64,000 nt of DNA from Eledone cirrhosa. Lineage: Eukaryota. Positions 28,518 through 42,159 of the stretch are shown piece after piece; the first letter of the stretch is position 1; every line of letters begins with the position of its first letter. Location: the NCBI GenBank assembly GCA_964016885.1, contig OZ024757.1:42346001-42410000 (forward strand), written 5' to 3'. The translations under genes were made by a program, and so were the position numbers. The notes under the pieces are model-generated. The model was given only the letters and a program-made list of their open reading frames with translations, did no database searches and was not told the DNA's origin.

Positions 28518-29184
28518 TTAGTAGAAATAAGATTTAAAAGACATGGAAGTAGAATCACTACATATCTGTCTACTATGACATGACTTGACCTGCCATTTTC
28601 TGTCTACTATGACATGACTTGACCTCTTGACCTGCCATTTTCTGTCTACTGTGACATGACTTGACCTCTTGACCTGCCATTTCGTTATTTCAGAGAATTT
28701 TAGCATTGAAATTACTTTGTGGAAATGCTATTGTTATAATTATGGGATTTCACTTCTAGTGACCCCTTAGATTGACTCCCTTAAATAAACAGGCAATTGT
28801 TAGGACACTGCTATTGATAGAAAAAGGAAGTACACTTTGGATGATGTAGTCCTAGATACACTATGCCTAGAAAAAAAAAGATGGGATGGTCAAAGACTGG
28901 ACACCTTTAATCATATGTCTGCTGGATTGGTGCTGGCCCGGGGTTAAACAATAATGCAAAGATGAACACATTGAATGATGTACTCCTAGCTATACACTGC
29001 CTGAAAGAAAAGAAATGATGAGATGATCATAACCAGGGTTGACCAGGGGATAAACAACAACATCAATGTACATACACAAACACATACTAACACAACAGAC
29101 AAGCACATAGATAAACATACACACACACACACATATAAACACAGACATACACATATATAAACAGACACACACACCTACACAGTG

Positions 29185-30070
29185 TATGCAGTATATATAT
29201 ATACATTTTACACACCATATACAATATATATATACACACTATATACACCATCTGCAGTATATATACACTATATACACACCATATGCAGTATATATATACA
29301 CAATATGCAGTATATATACACTATATACACACCATATGCAGTATATATACACCATATGCAGTATATATATACACCATATGCAGTATATATACACCATATG
29401 CAGTATATACACACCATATACACTATATATACACCATATACAGTATATATATACACCATATGCAGTATATATACACCATATGCAGTATATATACACCATA
29501 TACAGTATATATATACACCATATGCAGTATATATACACCATATGCAGTATATATACACCATATACACTATATATACACCATATACAGTATATATATACAC
29601 CATATGCAGTATATATACACCATATGCAGTATATATACACCATATACAGTATATATATACACCATATGCAGTATATATACACCATATGCAGTATATATAC
29701 ACCATATACACTATATATACACCATATACAGTATATATATACACCATATGCAGTATATATACACCATATACAGTATATATATACACCATATGCAGTATAT
29801 ATACACCATATGCAGTATATATATACACTATATACACTATATATACACCATATACACTACATATACACCATATGCAGTATATATATACACCATATGCAGT
29901 ATATATATACACTATATACACTATATATACACCATATACACTACATATACACCATATGCAGTATATATATACACCATATGCAGTATATATATACACTATA
30001 TACACTATATATACACCATATACACTACATATACACCATATGCAGTATATATATACACCATATGCAGTAT
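29185..30070. repeat. compound ~20-bp minisatellite with higher-order periodicity
   Basis: Units atatacaccatatgcagtat / atatacaccatatacactat in recurring blocks. Confidence 0.9.
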
Positions 30071-30167
30071 AAGCAGCAGTGACATCCATAATCAAAGTCG
30101 GCCATTTTTAGCAACAGGTTTTTGATCTGAACGGTAGAATATTGATTGACACCACAGAAATAGCTGA

Positions 30168-31310
30168 TGTGGTGGTGGTGGTGGTGGTGGTGGTGGTGGT
30201 ACAGGTGGTGGTGGTGGTGGTACAGGTGGTGGTGGTGGTGGTGGTGGTACAGGTGGTACAGGTGGTGGTGATTGTGTTGGTGGTGGTGATACAGGTGTTG
30301 GTGGTGGTGTGGTAGTGGTGTTGGTGTGGTGGTGGTGATGGTGGTGGTGGTGGTGGTGGTGGTGGTGGTAGTGTTGGTGGTGGTGGTGGTGGTACAGGTG
30401 GTGGTGGTGGTGGTACAGGTGGTGGTGGTGGTGGTGGTGGTGGTGGTGGTGGTACAGGTGGTGGTGATTGTGTTGGTGGTGGTGATACAGGTGTTGGTGG
30501 TGGTGGTGGTGTGGTAGTGGTGTTGGTGTGGTGGTGGTGATGGTGGTGGTGGTAATGGTGGTGGTGGTGATGGTGGTGGTGGTGGTAATGGTGGTGGTGA
30601 TGGTGGTGGTGGTGGTGGTGGTGGTAGTGTTGGTGGTGGTGGTGGTACAGGTGGTACAGGTGGTGGTGGTGGTACAGGTGGTGGTGGTGGTGGTACAGGT
30701 GGTGGTGGTGGTGATTGTGTTGGTGGTGGTACAGGTGGTGGTGGTGGTGGTGGTGGTGGTGGTAGTGTGGTAGTGGTGTTGGTGTGGTGGTGGTGATGGT
30801 GGTGGTGGTAATGGTGGTGGTGATGGTGGTGGTGGTGGTGGTGGTGGTGGTGGTAGTGTTGGTGGTGGTGGTACAGGTGGTGGTGGTGGTACAGGTGGTG
30901 GTGGTGGTGGTACAGGTGGTACAGGTGGTGGTGGTGGTACAGGTGGTGGTGGTGGTGGTACAGGTGGTACAGGTGGTGGTGGTGGTGATTGTGTTGGTGG
31001 TGGTACAGGTGTTGGTGGTGGTGGTGGTGGTGGTACTGGTGGTGGTGGTGGTACAGGTGGTGGTGGTGGTGGTGATGGTGGTGGTGGTGTTGGTGTGGTG
31101 GTGATGGTGGTGGTGGTGATGGTGGTGGTGGTGGTGATGGTGGCGGTGGTGGCGGTGGTGGTGGTGATGGTGGTGTGGTAGTGGTGTTGGTGTGGTGGTG
31201 GTGATGGTGGTGGTGGTGGTGATGGTGGTAGTGGTGGTGGTGGTGGTGGTGGTACAGGTGGTGGTGGTGACTGTTATGGTGGTGGTGGTGGTGGTGGTGG
31301 TGTGGTGGTG
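30168..31310. repeat. degenerate (GGT)n array with ACA/GAT interruptions
   Basis: Seen directly; G-rich on the plus strand. Confidence 0.95.
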
Positions 31311-31676
31311 ATCACATGTAGGGGAGGTTATATATATATATACATGTGTGTGCGTGTGTGTGTTAGAAAGGCCCTGTGTGTACATGTAAGGGAGAGGAAA
31401 GTTGATTAAATCAACCCCAGTATTTAACTGTTATCTTATTTTATCAACTCTCGAAAGGATGAAAGGCAAAGTTAACCTTACTGGAAATCATGGTGTCCGA
31501 TGCTCAACCGAGTCTGCCAATCCACTGCCCTTAGGTATAACAATAATAATGGTTTCTGGTTGAGGCACATGGCCAACAATTTTGGGGGAAAGGGAAAGTC
31601 GATTAAATCTACCCCAGTGTATTACTGGTTCTTTATTTTATCGACCCTGTAAGGATGAAAGGCAAAGCTAACCTCT

Positions 31677-33523
31677 TTAACCCTTTACCATTACATTACT
31701 CTATATATACTATTGTATTTTCACAGTAAAGGCTTTACCTCACATAATATCTCACATAACATTTACATTACTCTATATATACTATTGTATTGTCACAGTA
31801 AAGGCTTTACCTCACATAACATTTACATTACTCTATATATACTATTGTATTGTCACAGTAATGGCTTTACCTCACATAATATCTCACATAACATTTACAT
31901 TACTCTATATATACTATTGTATTGTCACAGTAATGGCTTTACCTCACATAATATCTCACATAACATTTACATTACTCTATATATACTATTGTATTGTCAC
32001 AGTAAAGGCTTTACCTCACATAACATTTACGTTACTCTATATACACTATTGTATTGTCACAGTAATGGCTTTACCTCACATAATATCTCACATAACATTT
32101 ACATTACTCTATATATACTATTGTATTTTCACAGTAAAGGCTTTACCTCACATAATATCTCACATAACATTTACATTACTCTATATTTACTATTGTATTT
32201 TCACAGTAGAGGTTTTACCTCACATAATATCTCACATAACATTTACATTACTCTATATATACTATTGTATTTTCACAGTAAAGGCTTTACCTCACATAAT
32301 ATCTCACATAACATTTACATTACTCTATATATACTATTGTATTTTCACAGTAAAGGCTTTACCTCACATAATATCTCACATAACATTTACATTACTCTAT
32401 ATTTACTATTGTATTTTCACAGTAGAGGTTTTACCTCACATAATATCTCACATAACATTTACATTACTCTATATATACTATTGTATTTTCACAGTAAAGG
32501 CTTTACCTCACATAATATCTCACATAACATTTACATTACTCTATATATACTATTGTATTTTCACAGTAAAGGCTTTACCTCATATAATATCTCACATAAA
32601 ATTTACATTACTCTATATATACTATTGTATTTTCACAGTAAAGGCTTTACCTCACATAATATCTCACATAAAATTTACATTACTCTATATATACTATTGT
32701 ATTTTCACAGTAAAGGCTTTACCTCACATAATATCTCGCATAACATTTACGTTACTCTATATACACTATTGTATTTTCACAGTAAAGGCTTTACCTCACA
32801 TAATATCTTACATAACATTTACATTACTCTATATATACTATTGTATTTTCACAGTAAAGGCTTTACCTCACATAATATCTTACATAACATTTACATTACT
32901 CTATATATACTATTGTATTTTCACAGTAAAGGCTTTACCTCACATAATATCTCACATAACATTTACGTTACTCTGTATACACTATTGTATTTTCACAGTA
33001 AAGGCTTTACCTCACATAATATCTTACATAACATTTACATTACTCTATATATACTATTGTATTTTCACAGTAAAGGCTTTACCTCACATAATATCTCACA
33101 TAACATTTACATTACTCTATATATACTATTGTATTTTCACAGTAAAGGCTTTACCTCACATAATATCTTACATAACATTTACATTACTCTATATATACTA
33201 TTGTATTTTCACAGTAAAGGCTTTACCTCACATAATATCTCACATAACATTTAAATTACTCTATATATACTATTGTATTTTCACAGTAAAGGCTTTACCT
33301 CACATAATATCTTACATAACATTTACATTACTCTATATATACTATTGTATTTTCACAGTAAAGGCTTTATCTCACATAATATCGAATCTATGAGATTTTG
33401 TTATTATTTATTTTGAGAACAATACCTTAACATCAGTATGAGTAGCCAGTTACAGTTGGTTTGAACAGAAAGAGGTGAGAGAGTTCTGGCCAGATTTGGC
33501 CAGTTTAAATGCTAAAGGGTTAA
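31677..33523 (+). mobile_element. piggyBac-type MITE family P1 inflated by an internal 72-bp tandem array (~23 copies)
   Basis: TTAA CCCTTTA ... TAAAGGG TTAA ends; the array unit is the 5' subterminal segment of the 218-bp copy at 48019-48236. Confidence 0.85.
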
Positions 33524-33837
33524 TAAACATATCATGTCATACAAAGATAACATATTTAATGTATCATAAAAAAAGTCATAATTATAACAACACGATGTAA
33601 AGGAATGTAACTATGTTGTAACTCTATGACACAAAGCATGGTGTTCGACGCTCTACTGATTCAATAATAAGACAGCACACATCATAAGACATAACTAAGA
33701 CATTGAGAATCAATATTGATTGGCAGCAGATCCAAACAGCAGCAGCAACAACAACAACAACAGCCAGAAAAAGAAAAACCAATATATATATATATATATA
33801 TATACCATTAATTGGTGGATTTATCTGTGTATATATA

Positions 33838-33927
<90 letters not shown>

Positions 33928-34318
33928 AAAATTGCGAAACAAAAGATGAAAGAGAGAGAGAGGAAAGGGAGAGCAAAAGAAAAAGGGATAGGGACAGAGA
34001 ATAAGAGAGAGAAAGGGAGAGAGAGGTATATATATAGAGAGAGAGAGGTAAAAGGTTGTTGTTCTTTTTCATTGTTGACATCCCAAACTAAGACAGTGCA
34101 TTAAAGGCCAGAATAAGATGCAGGGTTTTAAAAAAAGGGGACAGTGAAAGAGGTTACAAGGAAATATTCGGCAAGTTGGCACAGACCATAACCAAAAAAA
34201 AAAAAAAAAGAGACAAAAAATAGAGAAAATAATTTGTTATTATGAAAAAGAAGTAAAAAAAGAGAGAAAGATAAATAATTAAACAAATAAGGTCCTCGTT
34301 AAATTAATTAACCCTTAC

Positions 34319-34417
34319 CTGTCTTCTTTGTTTGCCTTGGAGTAATACGCTCTCATACGGATCGCTGAGTAGAACGAAAATGACTCATTTAGGTAGTTAG
34401 TTTCACTAGTTCGTAAA
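34319..34417 (-). CDS. SCAI: SCAI coding exon (YLRTSETNYLNESFSFYSAIRMRAYYSKANKEDR)
   Basis: 99 nt, ttttccag / gtaagg, phase 2-2; matches SCAI YLRTSETSYLNEAFSFYSAIR; joins in frame to the exon at 2436 across a ~31.9 kb intron. Confidence 0.96.
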
Positions 34418-35061
34418 CTGGAAAATAAAAAAATTATTAATTATTAATAATTAATTATTAATTAAGATTAAAAAAACTAAAGATTTTAATTGTTCTGGTT
34501 TGATTTTTTTTTCTTGGGGGGGGGGGGGGGGGCTGTTTTCCTTCTTTTTTTTTTGGGTTACTCTTTTACTCTTTTACCTGTTCCAGCCATCTGGCTGAGG
34601 AGGCCATGCTGGGGCACTACCCTTGAAAAGATACAACGAGACACAAACTCATAATCTTCTGATTTGAAGTCAGACACCTTATCCATTAGGCTGTTATTGT
34701 TGTTGTTGTTTTTTTTGGGGGGGGGGTAAAAAGGGAAGAGGGAGAAAAAAAGAAGAAAAAGAAGAAACAAGTATGTGTAGGCACTGGGCTGGATATAATG
34801 GGGAGGACCAAAGGGAACAATTGCCTCGGGCTCCTTGCAATGGGAGACCCCACTAGTGGCAGCCATACCAATTTATTCATGCCCTCAGCTGAGCTTTTTA
34901 GTTTTAGGGTGGTTAGAAGTTTTTAATTTAATACCTGTATGTATAACTTTTCAATTCCAATTATTTGCACCAAACTTTGCCAAAGCAAATAAACCTTAAA
35001 CCTGTGAACACCTGGTGAAGGGTTTTTTAAAGTTATGTTATTGTTACCTTCATTGATGAGT

Positions 35062-35519
35062 TTAACTCTTTAACATTTACATTATTCTATATTTACTATT
35101 ATATTTTCATGCTAAAGACTTTATCTCACATAATATTGAATCTATGAGATTTTGATATCATTTATTTTGATATTATATTATTAATGGTGGATTGGCAGTA
35201 TCAGTAGAGAGTCGGACGCCATGCTTTGCAGCATAGTTACGTACGTCCCTTTGCGATCTGAGTTCAAAATCTGCCGAGGTTAACTTTGCCTTTCATCCTT
35301 ACAGGGTCGATAAAATAAAGTACCAGTAATCATCATCATCATCATCTTCGTTTGACGTCCGTTTTCCACGCTAGCATGGGTTGTACTGGGTAATTGCTGG
35401 CCTTGTGCCAAAAGTAGAAACAATTATTAATATGAGTATGAGCAGCCAGTTACAGCCTCTTTGGTGAGAGGTGAGAGAATTCTGGCCAGTTACAGGTGGT
35501 TTAAATGATAAAGGGTTAA
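35062..35519 (+). mobile_element. MITE P1 with nested SINE A, itself carrying an RTE-tail fragment
   Basis: P1 ends at 35062 and 35519; SINE 35185-35425; inverted catcat...gacgtccgttttccacgctagcatggg insert near 35330-35380. Confidence 0.7.
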
Positions 35520-36325
35520 ATATTTATTCTGGTGATGATACCTGTAAGATTGTGTGGTTGTTTATAGTAAGATTGTTATAAGATTGATATCAACCCAAGT
35601 CTTATGACAACCCTGCAATATTTAACCACAAGCTCATGGTTATCTCATCCTAGCTAACTCCAGTGTCATGGCTACCCCACCACAGTTAACCCCAGTGTCA
35701 TGGTTACCCCACCACAGTTAACCCTAGTGTCATGGTTACCCCACCACCAGACTTAACACCAGTCACATGGTTATCCCCACCGTAGTTAACCCCAGGGATA
35801 CATTAACCTCACCAGAACTTAACCCCAGTCCAATATTTTCTTTACTAGAGGTATATGCAATCTGAAAAATGAAATCATGAGAATGAAAGGTGACCTCATT
35901 AATGACAGCAGCCACAAAACTGCTTCAAAAGCCATTTAACGTGATTACACAGCTTCAAGATTTGCTTATTTTGGCAAAGTTTAACCCAAATAATTTTACA
36001 TCAATTACCTGAAGCAACACAATTTTTATCTATCAATATGTTCTGCTTGTTATTAATACTGTATTTCAAAATAGTTTTTGGCCCAGGTGTGAAGAAACCA
36101 ATCATATATACTTAATCCTTCTCCATCACACCCCATCACCACCACCCCACCACCATCACCCACCCACCACCACTACATCACCTTTATCTTCCTTTTATTT
36201 TGGATTCTCTGTTTTGGCTCAGATCCCAGGTAAAAATAATAGGGGGGAGGGGCCAACAAATGTAATTTCGAAGGTAAATTGTGTGAAACTATATTATGAA
36301 ACAATTTACAATTGGATTATATAAG

Positions 36326-36387
<62 letters not shown>

Positions 36388-36391
36388 GTTT

Positions 36392-36650
36392 GTGAAGGCG
36401 CATGGCTTAGTGGTTAAAGCATTGGGCTTGCAATCGAAAGGTTGTGAGTTCAATTCTCGGACCGGGTGATGTGTTGTTTCCTTGAGCAAGACACTTTATT
36501 TCACTTTGCTCCAGTTTACTCAGCTGTAGAAATGAGTACCGGCCTGCCCGCCCAGCCAGTGGGATGGCGTTATCTTATGGTTAAAACAGCACGACGTGCT
36601 GTGACCAGCGGCGCCGATTGGCACCCGACAGACTAGTCGGTGAAGGTGAT
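36392..36650 (+). mobile_element. tRNA-derived SINE family B
   Basis: A box TGGCTTAGTGG, B box GTTCAATTC, central ccttgagcaagacactttatttcac domain; inserted in (TA)n. Confidence 0.85.
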
Positions 36651-36760
36651 ATATATGTTTATATATATATATATATGATATATATATATATAGTGTTTAT
36701 ATATATATATATATATATATGATATATATATATATGATTATATATATATATATATATAAT

Positions 36761-39585
36761 CATGCACCTCCCAACATAGACTGATAATTAGCGACCTCAT
36801 AGTCAGGACGAGACGTACTAGACAGCAGAAGAGGACTATCCTCAGGAGAAAAATATGGAAGCTAAAGGACCCCACAGCCAGAAATAAATTTCAAAGCATA
36901 TTACTTGATGCTTTCGACAGTAAGGAAGAGCAATTAGAGTCGTATAATATAGAGGAACAGTGGGAATTCCTGAAAGCAAACCTGCTGACGGCGGCAGACG
37001 AAGTCTGTGGCTGGAGCAGGCCTGTAGGTAGGAGGAGAGTAACATGGTGGTGGAACAGTAAGGTGGAGGAGTCAATTAAGGCCAAAAAGCAGGCTTGGAA
37101 AGTATGGCGGGATGGGGGAAGTAGAGAAGACTATCAAGTGGCCAGGAGGGAAGCTAGGAGACAAGTGTACTTCGCAAGAAGGGAAGCAGAGGAAAGAAAG
37201 TTCAAGCATGTTCTACAACGCGAGGACCAAAAACGTGAGGTGTTCAGGATTGCTAGGCAATGTGTCAAGGAAAACCGTGATATTGTCGGGGAGAAGTGTG
37301 TACTTAATGATGAAGGCGTACTTGCCATCACTGACGCCGATAAGAAGGTAGCTTGGAAGAGTCACTACGAAAGGCTTCTAAATGAGGAGAATAAATGGGA
37401 GAAAGACAGTCTCCCCCACATCGACCCAATAGAGAGACCAGCAGTGTTAGTCGAAGGTAGTATAATAAGTAAGGCAATCAAAGATATGAAGGCGGGTAAG
37501 GCACTGGGCCTTCGGAAATAGTTGCTGAGATGCTGAAAGCCTCTGGAACGGTGGGACACACCATGGTCTCCCGGATAGTAAACCAAGTCATACAGAATGG
37601 GGTTGTTCCGAAGGACTGGCGTAGCAGCATCATCATTAACTGTTACAAGGGTAAAGGAGATGCCCTAGATAGGTGTAACTATAGAGGCATTAAATTAATC
37701 GACCAGGTCATGAAGGTCACGGAAAAAGTAATAGCGCAACTAATCAGAGAGAGAATTGATCTAGATGAAATGCAGTTCGGGTTTGTGTCAGGCAAAAGTA
37801 CCACAGACGCTCTTTTCATTGTACGACAACTACAGGAGAAGTACCTAGCTAAAAGTAAACCCCTATACTTAGCTTTTGTTGACTTGGAGAAAGCCTTCGA
37901 CAGAGTCCCCCATTCCATTATCTGGTGGGCTCTTAGAAAACTAGGTGTTGACGAATGGCTTGTGAGAGCTATACAAGCCATGGATAAAGAAACAGTCAGC
38001 AAGGTTAGAATTAACAACGAATATAGTGAAGAGTTTAGCGTAAAAGTTGGTGTGCATCAGGGCTCCGTTCTTAGCCCCCTCCTATTTATTATTGCCCTTC
38101 AGGCTATAACAGAGGAGTTCAAGACCGGCTGCCCATGGGAACTCCTATACGCAGATGATCTAACGCTCATAGCTGAATCAATGGCCGAGCTAGAGAAGAA
38201 ATTCCAAACATGGAAGCACGGCCTAGAATCAAAAGGCCTTAAAATTAACCTGGCTAAGACTAAAGTTCTAGTTTGTAGGAAAGAAAATAAGGCGCCGGTC
38301 CCTTCCGGGAAATGGCCATGCTCAGTGTGTAGGAAAGGCGTAGGTAGAAACTCCATTTTATGTCCCAAATGCAAAGTATGGGTGCATAAAAGATGTAGTG
38401 GGATCACAGGTAAGCTAACTAAGAACATAGATTTTACATGTGGCCGGTGCTCTGGTGCAATAAGTAGCAGCAAGTGCTCACAAAATACTAGCTCTTTCAA
38501 TTGCGCAGAGGGTTCTATAGAAATAGTGGACAGCTTCCGTTACCTGGGCGACAAAATCAGCAGTGGGGGAGGGTGCTCTGAAAGTACAGTAGCTAGAGTC
38601 AGAACTGGTTGGAAAAAGTTCAGAGAGCTTATACCACTATTAGCCGCTAAAGGGTTCTCCCTAAGAATGAAAGGCAGGTTGTATGATGCCTGCATACGAA
38701 CAGCAATGTTGCATGGCAGTGAGACCTGGGCATTGTGTGCAGAAGATATACGCAGACTAGAGAGGAATGAAGCTTGCATGCTCCGCTGGATGTGTAATAG
38801 TAACATACGTGAACGGCAAAGCATAAGCGAACTAAGGAAAAAATTAGAAATAAGAGGGATCAGATGTTGTTTACTCAAGAGAAGGCTACTTTAGTATGGT
38901 CACGTGATGCGCATGAAAGACGACAGCTGTATAACAAAGTGCAGGGCAATAAAGATAGACGGTAGCTACGGAGTAGGCAGACCCAGAAAAACCTGGGACG
39001 AGCTGATAAATTCTGACCTCACACACTTACACCTCTCCAAGACAATGTCACTGGACCGAGACCTTTGGCGGTACTCAGTAATAGAGAAGACCCGCATTAC
39101 CTAAATACAAAGTAAAACCTACTACAGCCAGTAGGCATCTCTAACAAAATACACCCCCACCCCACCCCACCCCATCCACACCGCCCCTTTCAATGTAAAG
39201 TTATGTTGGTGCCACAACATCCAGGCCGAAACAAATGAGATCGTGTAGACACAGTCCACGCTGTAATGTGGTCGTGTAGGCAACACGGTAAAAACCTCCC
39301 AGCCCCACACTGTAAATGTGGTTGGTGTTAGTAAGGGCATCCAGCTGTAGAAAACCTCCCAGACAGTCCACGCTGTAATGTGGCCGTGTAGGCAACACGG
39401 TAAAAACCTCCCAGCCCCACACTGTAAATGTGGTTGGTGTTAGGAAGGGCATCCAGCTGTTGAAAACCCGCCAGATAGTCCTATGCGAGCAAGACAAACA
39501 CTCTTGCCTCAAGTGGGAAAACCCCTGTCCAAACCCATGCAAGCGTGGAACACGGACGTTAAACGTTGATGATGATGATGATGAT
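36761..39585 (+). mobile_element. 5'-truncated RTE-clade LINE (family R1), reverse transcriptase pseudogene
   Basis: ORF pieces 37063-37521, 37530-38894, 38904-39104 with KGKGD..NYRGI, QFGF, AFVDLEKAFD, GVHQGSVLSP, YADD (38148-38159), Cys-rich PHD-like insert and GRPRKTW; one frameshift and one premature TAG; (GAT)n tail. Confidence 0.95.
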
Positions 39586-39808
39586 ATATATATATATATA
39601 GTCATATATATATATATAATATAAGGAACTGTTTCTTTGTTTATTCATTATTTTTTTAATAATTTATATATATATATATATAGAAAGATTTGAATGGATA
39701 CAGTTTAGTTGAAAGGAATTTATTGACACGTGTTTCTATAACAGTTACATAACCTAAAACAGCTGCTATCTACAAACTATATATATATATATATATGATT
39801 ATATATAT

Positions 39809-41010
39809 ATACTATAAAGCTGACGGCCGTATGTAAGTAACAAACTTTCTGCCCAGCAGCTAGACCAAACAGCACCAAATTTGCACCATAGATGTAACTT
39901 TTTCCAAGTAAGGAAGTGAGGGTATTTTTGTCTACTGAATTTTGTTAAAAGATTAAAGACATTATTTAAATATTCACTTATTTAATTAGAAATAAGAGGG
40001 ATCAGATGTTGTTTACTCGAGAGAAGGCTACGTTGGTACGGTCACGTGATGCGCATGAAAGACGACAGCTGTATAACAAAGTGCAGGGCAATAAAGATAG
40101 ACGGTAGCCACGGAGTAGGCAGACCCAGAAAAACATGGGACGAGCTGATAAATTCCGACCTCACGCGCTTACACCTCTCCAAGACAATGTCACTGGACCG
40201 AGACCTTTGGCGGTACTCAGTAATAGAGAAGACCCGCCTTACCTAAATACAAAGTAAAAACCTACTACAGTCAGTAGGCACCTCTATCAAAACACACCCC
40301 CGTCCCACCACCTCCACCCCACCCACACCGCCCCTTTCAATGTAAAGTTATGTTGGTCCCACAACATCCAGGCCGAAACAAATGAGATCGTGTAGGTGTC
40401 ACGACAAAAAACACACAGTCCACGCTGTAAATGTGGCCGTGTAGGCAACACGGTAAAAACCTCCCAGCCCCACACTGTAAATGTGGTTGGTGTTAGGAAG
40501 GGCATCCAGCTGTAGAAAACCCGCCAGACAGTCCACGCTGTAATGTGGCCGTGTAGGCAACACGGTAAAAACCTCCCAGCCCCACACTGTAAATGTGGTT
40601 GGTGTTAGGAAGGGCATCCAACTGTAGAAAACCCGCCAGACAGTCCTATGCGAGCAAGACAACCACTCTTGCCTCAAGTGGGAAAACCCCCGTCCAAACC
40701 CATGCAAGCGTGGAACACGGACGCTAAACCTGATGATGATGATGATGATGACTTCTTTAAAATTTTCAAATGTTAACACTTCCAGTTATACAACATTCCT
40801 AACGTCTTCACGAACCAAAGTATCATCTTCCTGTTTTCTTTCGGTTTCAATGTTTTTCGAAATATTTACTTCTGCGTTCACAGATTGATTGTTTTTGTTT
40901 CAGAAGATCCCGTTTATTCGTGTACAGATATTTTTGCATACACAAAAACAAAATATAAACAAACGTATTTACTTCACGAAAGCACAGACGGCTTATTGTC
41001 ATTGTTACTG
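39809..41010 (+). mobile_element. Helitron 5' derivative interrupted by an RTE R1 3' fragment (39985-40750)
   Basis: 39815-39980 and 40751-41010 match 2535-3050; the RTE insert is flanked by duplicated actt. Confidence 0.85.
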
Positions 41011-41092
41011 CCAATATGCCACCCAAAAAGTCCTAGCCTGGCCGCAAGATCAGATTTTCCCATCCCTTCAATCTTTCTAATTTCTCATTCTT

Positions 41093-41129
41093 TCTTCTGA
41101 TGAAGGACTAGCATCCGAAACGTTAAGAC
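41093..41129 (+). ncRNA. minimal hammerhead ribozyme motif in a Penelope-like tail
   Basis: TCTT CTGATGA AGGA-CTAGCA-TCC GAAAC-GTT AAGA; palindromic stem III AACGTT. Confidence 0.6.
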
Positions 41130-42113
41130 CCTCTCCCTGCTATTTCAAGCATTAACCTAATATATTCCTTCCATATACTGTACCGTTTGTATTGTTATTT
41201 CTGTTCGCCTTTTATATATATACATAAATATATATATATATATATATAGTAGAGAGTCAGGGCCCTATGGCTGAACTCTTGCCATTTTGACAGCATATTC
41301 CAGTATATATTGAGTTAAAAACTCACAATAGTTCCTCACAATATATATATATCCCAATTTCATCTGTGTTAAGTGATTGAAGGTATAAGATTTCCCCTGG
41401 ACAGGACACCAGTCCCTCACAAGATTAATCCCCAGTCACTCCATGGTTCAAGAATTGAACCCAGAACATTACAGTTGTCAGGCTAACACCCTAACCACGA
41501 GGCCACATACTTTGGTAATCTTATCAATTGGGACATACAATGATGTCACAACCCCTCTCCCCTTCCTCATTAAGTGGTATTCATTAGTACAAGATAATTA
41601 CTCTTAGTTACTAAGACAAACATTTACTGAACAAGCACACACACACACACACACTCACACACATGCACTCACACACACACATTCACATGCCTACACATTC
41701 ATACACACATACACTCACACACACACATGAATGTATACACATATTAACAAACACATGCACACACGCATACACAAATACAGAGGCACACATACAAACACAT
41801 ATATACACATATACACATGGTCACATACAAAGACACACATTCACATGGTCACACACACACATACAAACACACACTGATCGACACACACACACACACACAC
41901 CACACAATTGACTGGTACATTAATTAGTCGTACAAACCAGTAAATGTAATTAGTTGGTTGAAACAATTAAAGAAGATGAGAGTCTGAGGAGCCTGAACTA
42001 TTGACCCTAATATTGACCTCAAGGTCAACTCTTAACCTTCGTTGTTGTTTAGCCCTAGGTCACACTTGACCCACACATCTATCAGCAAAAACATTCAATC
42101 TCAATCATCCTAA

Positions 42114-42159
<46 letters not shown>

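Noticed and set aside
31713-33393. 513-aa and 510-aa repetitive ORFs
   Set aside because: Open only because the 72/60-bp MITE-derived unit is a multiple of 3.
35530-35560. Minus-strand tcttacag|gtatca as a recursive splice site
   Set aside because: Weak pyrimidine tract and donor; such motifs are frequent by chance.
36392-36465. tRNA gene
   Set aside because: A and B boxes are present but it continues into a SINE body, has dispersed copies and lacks a proper acceptor stem.
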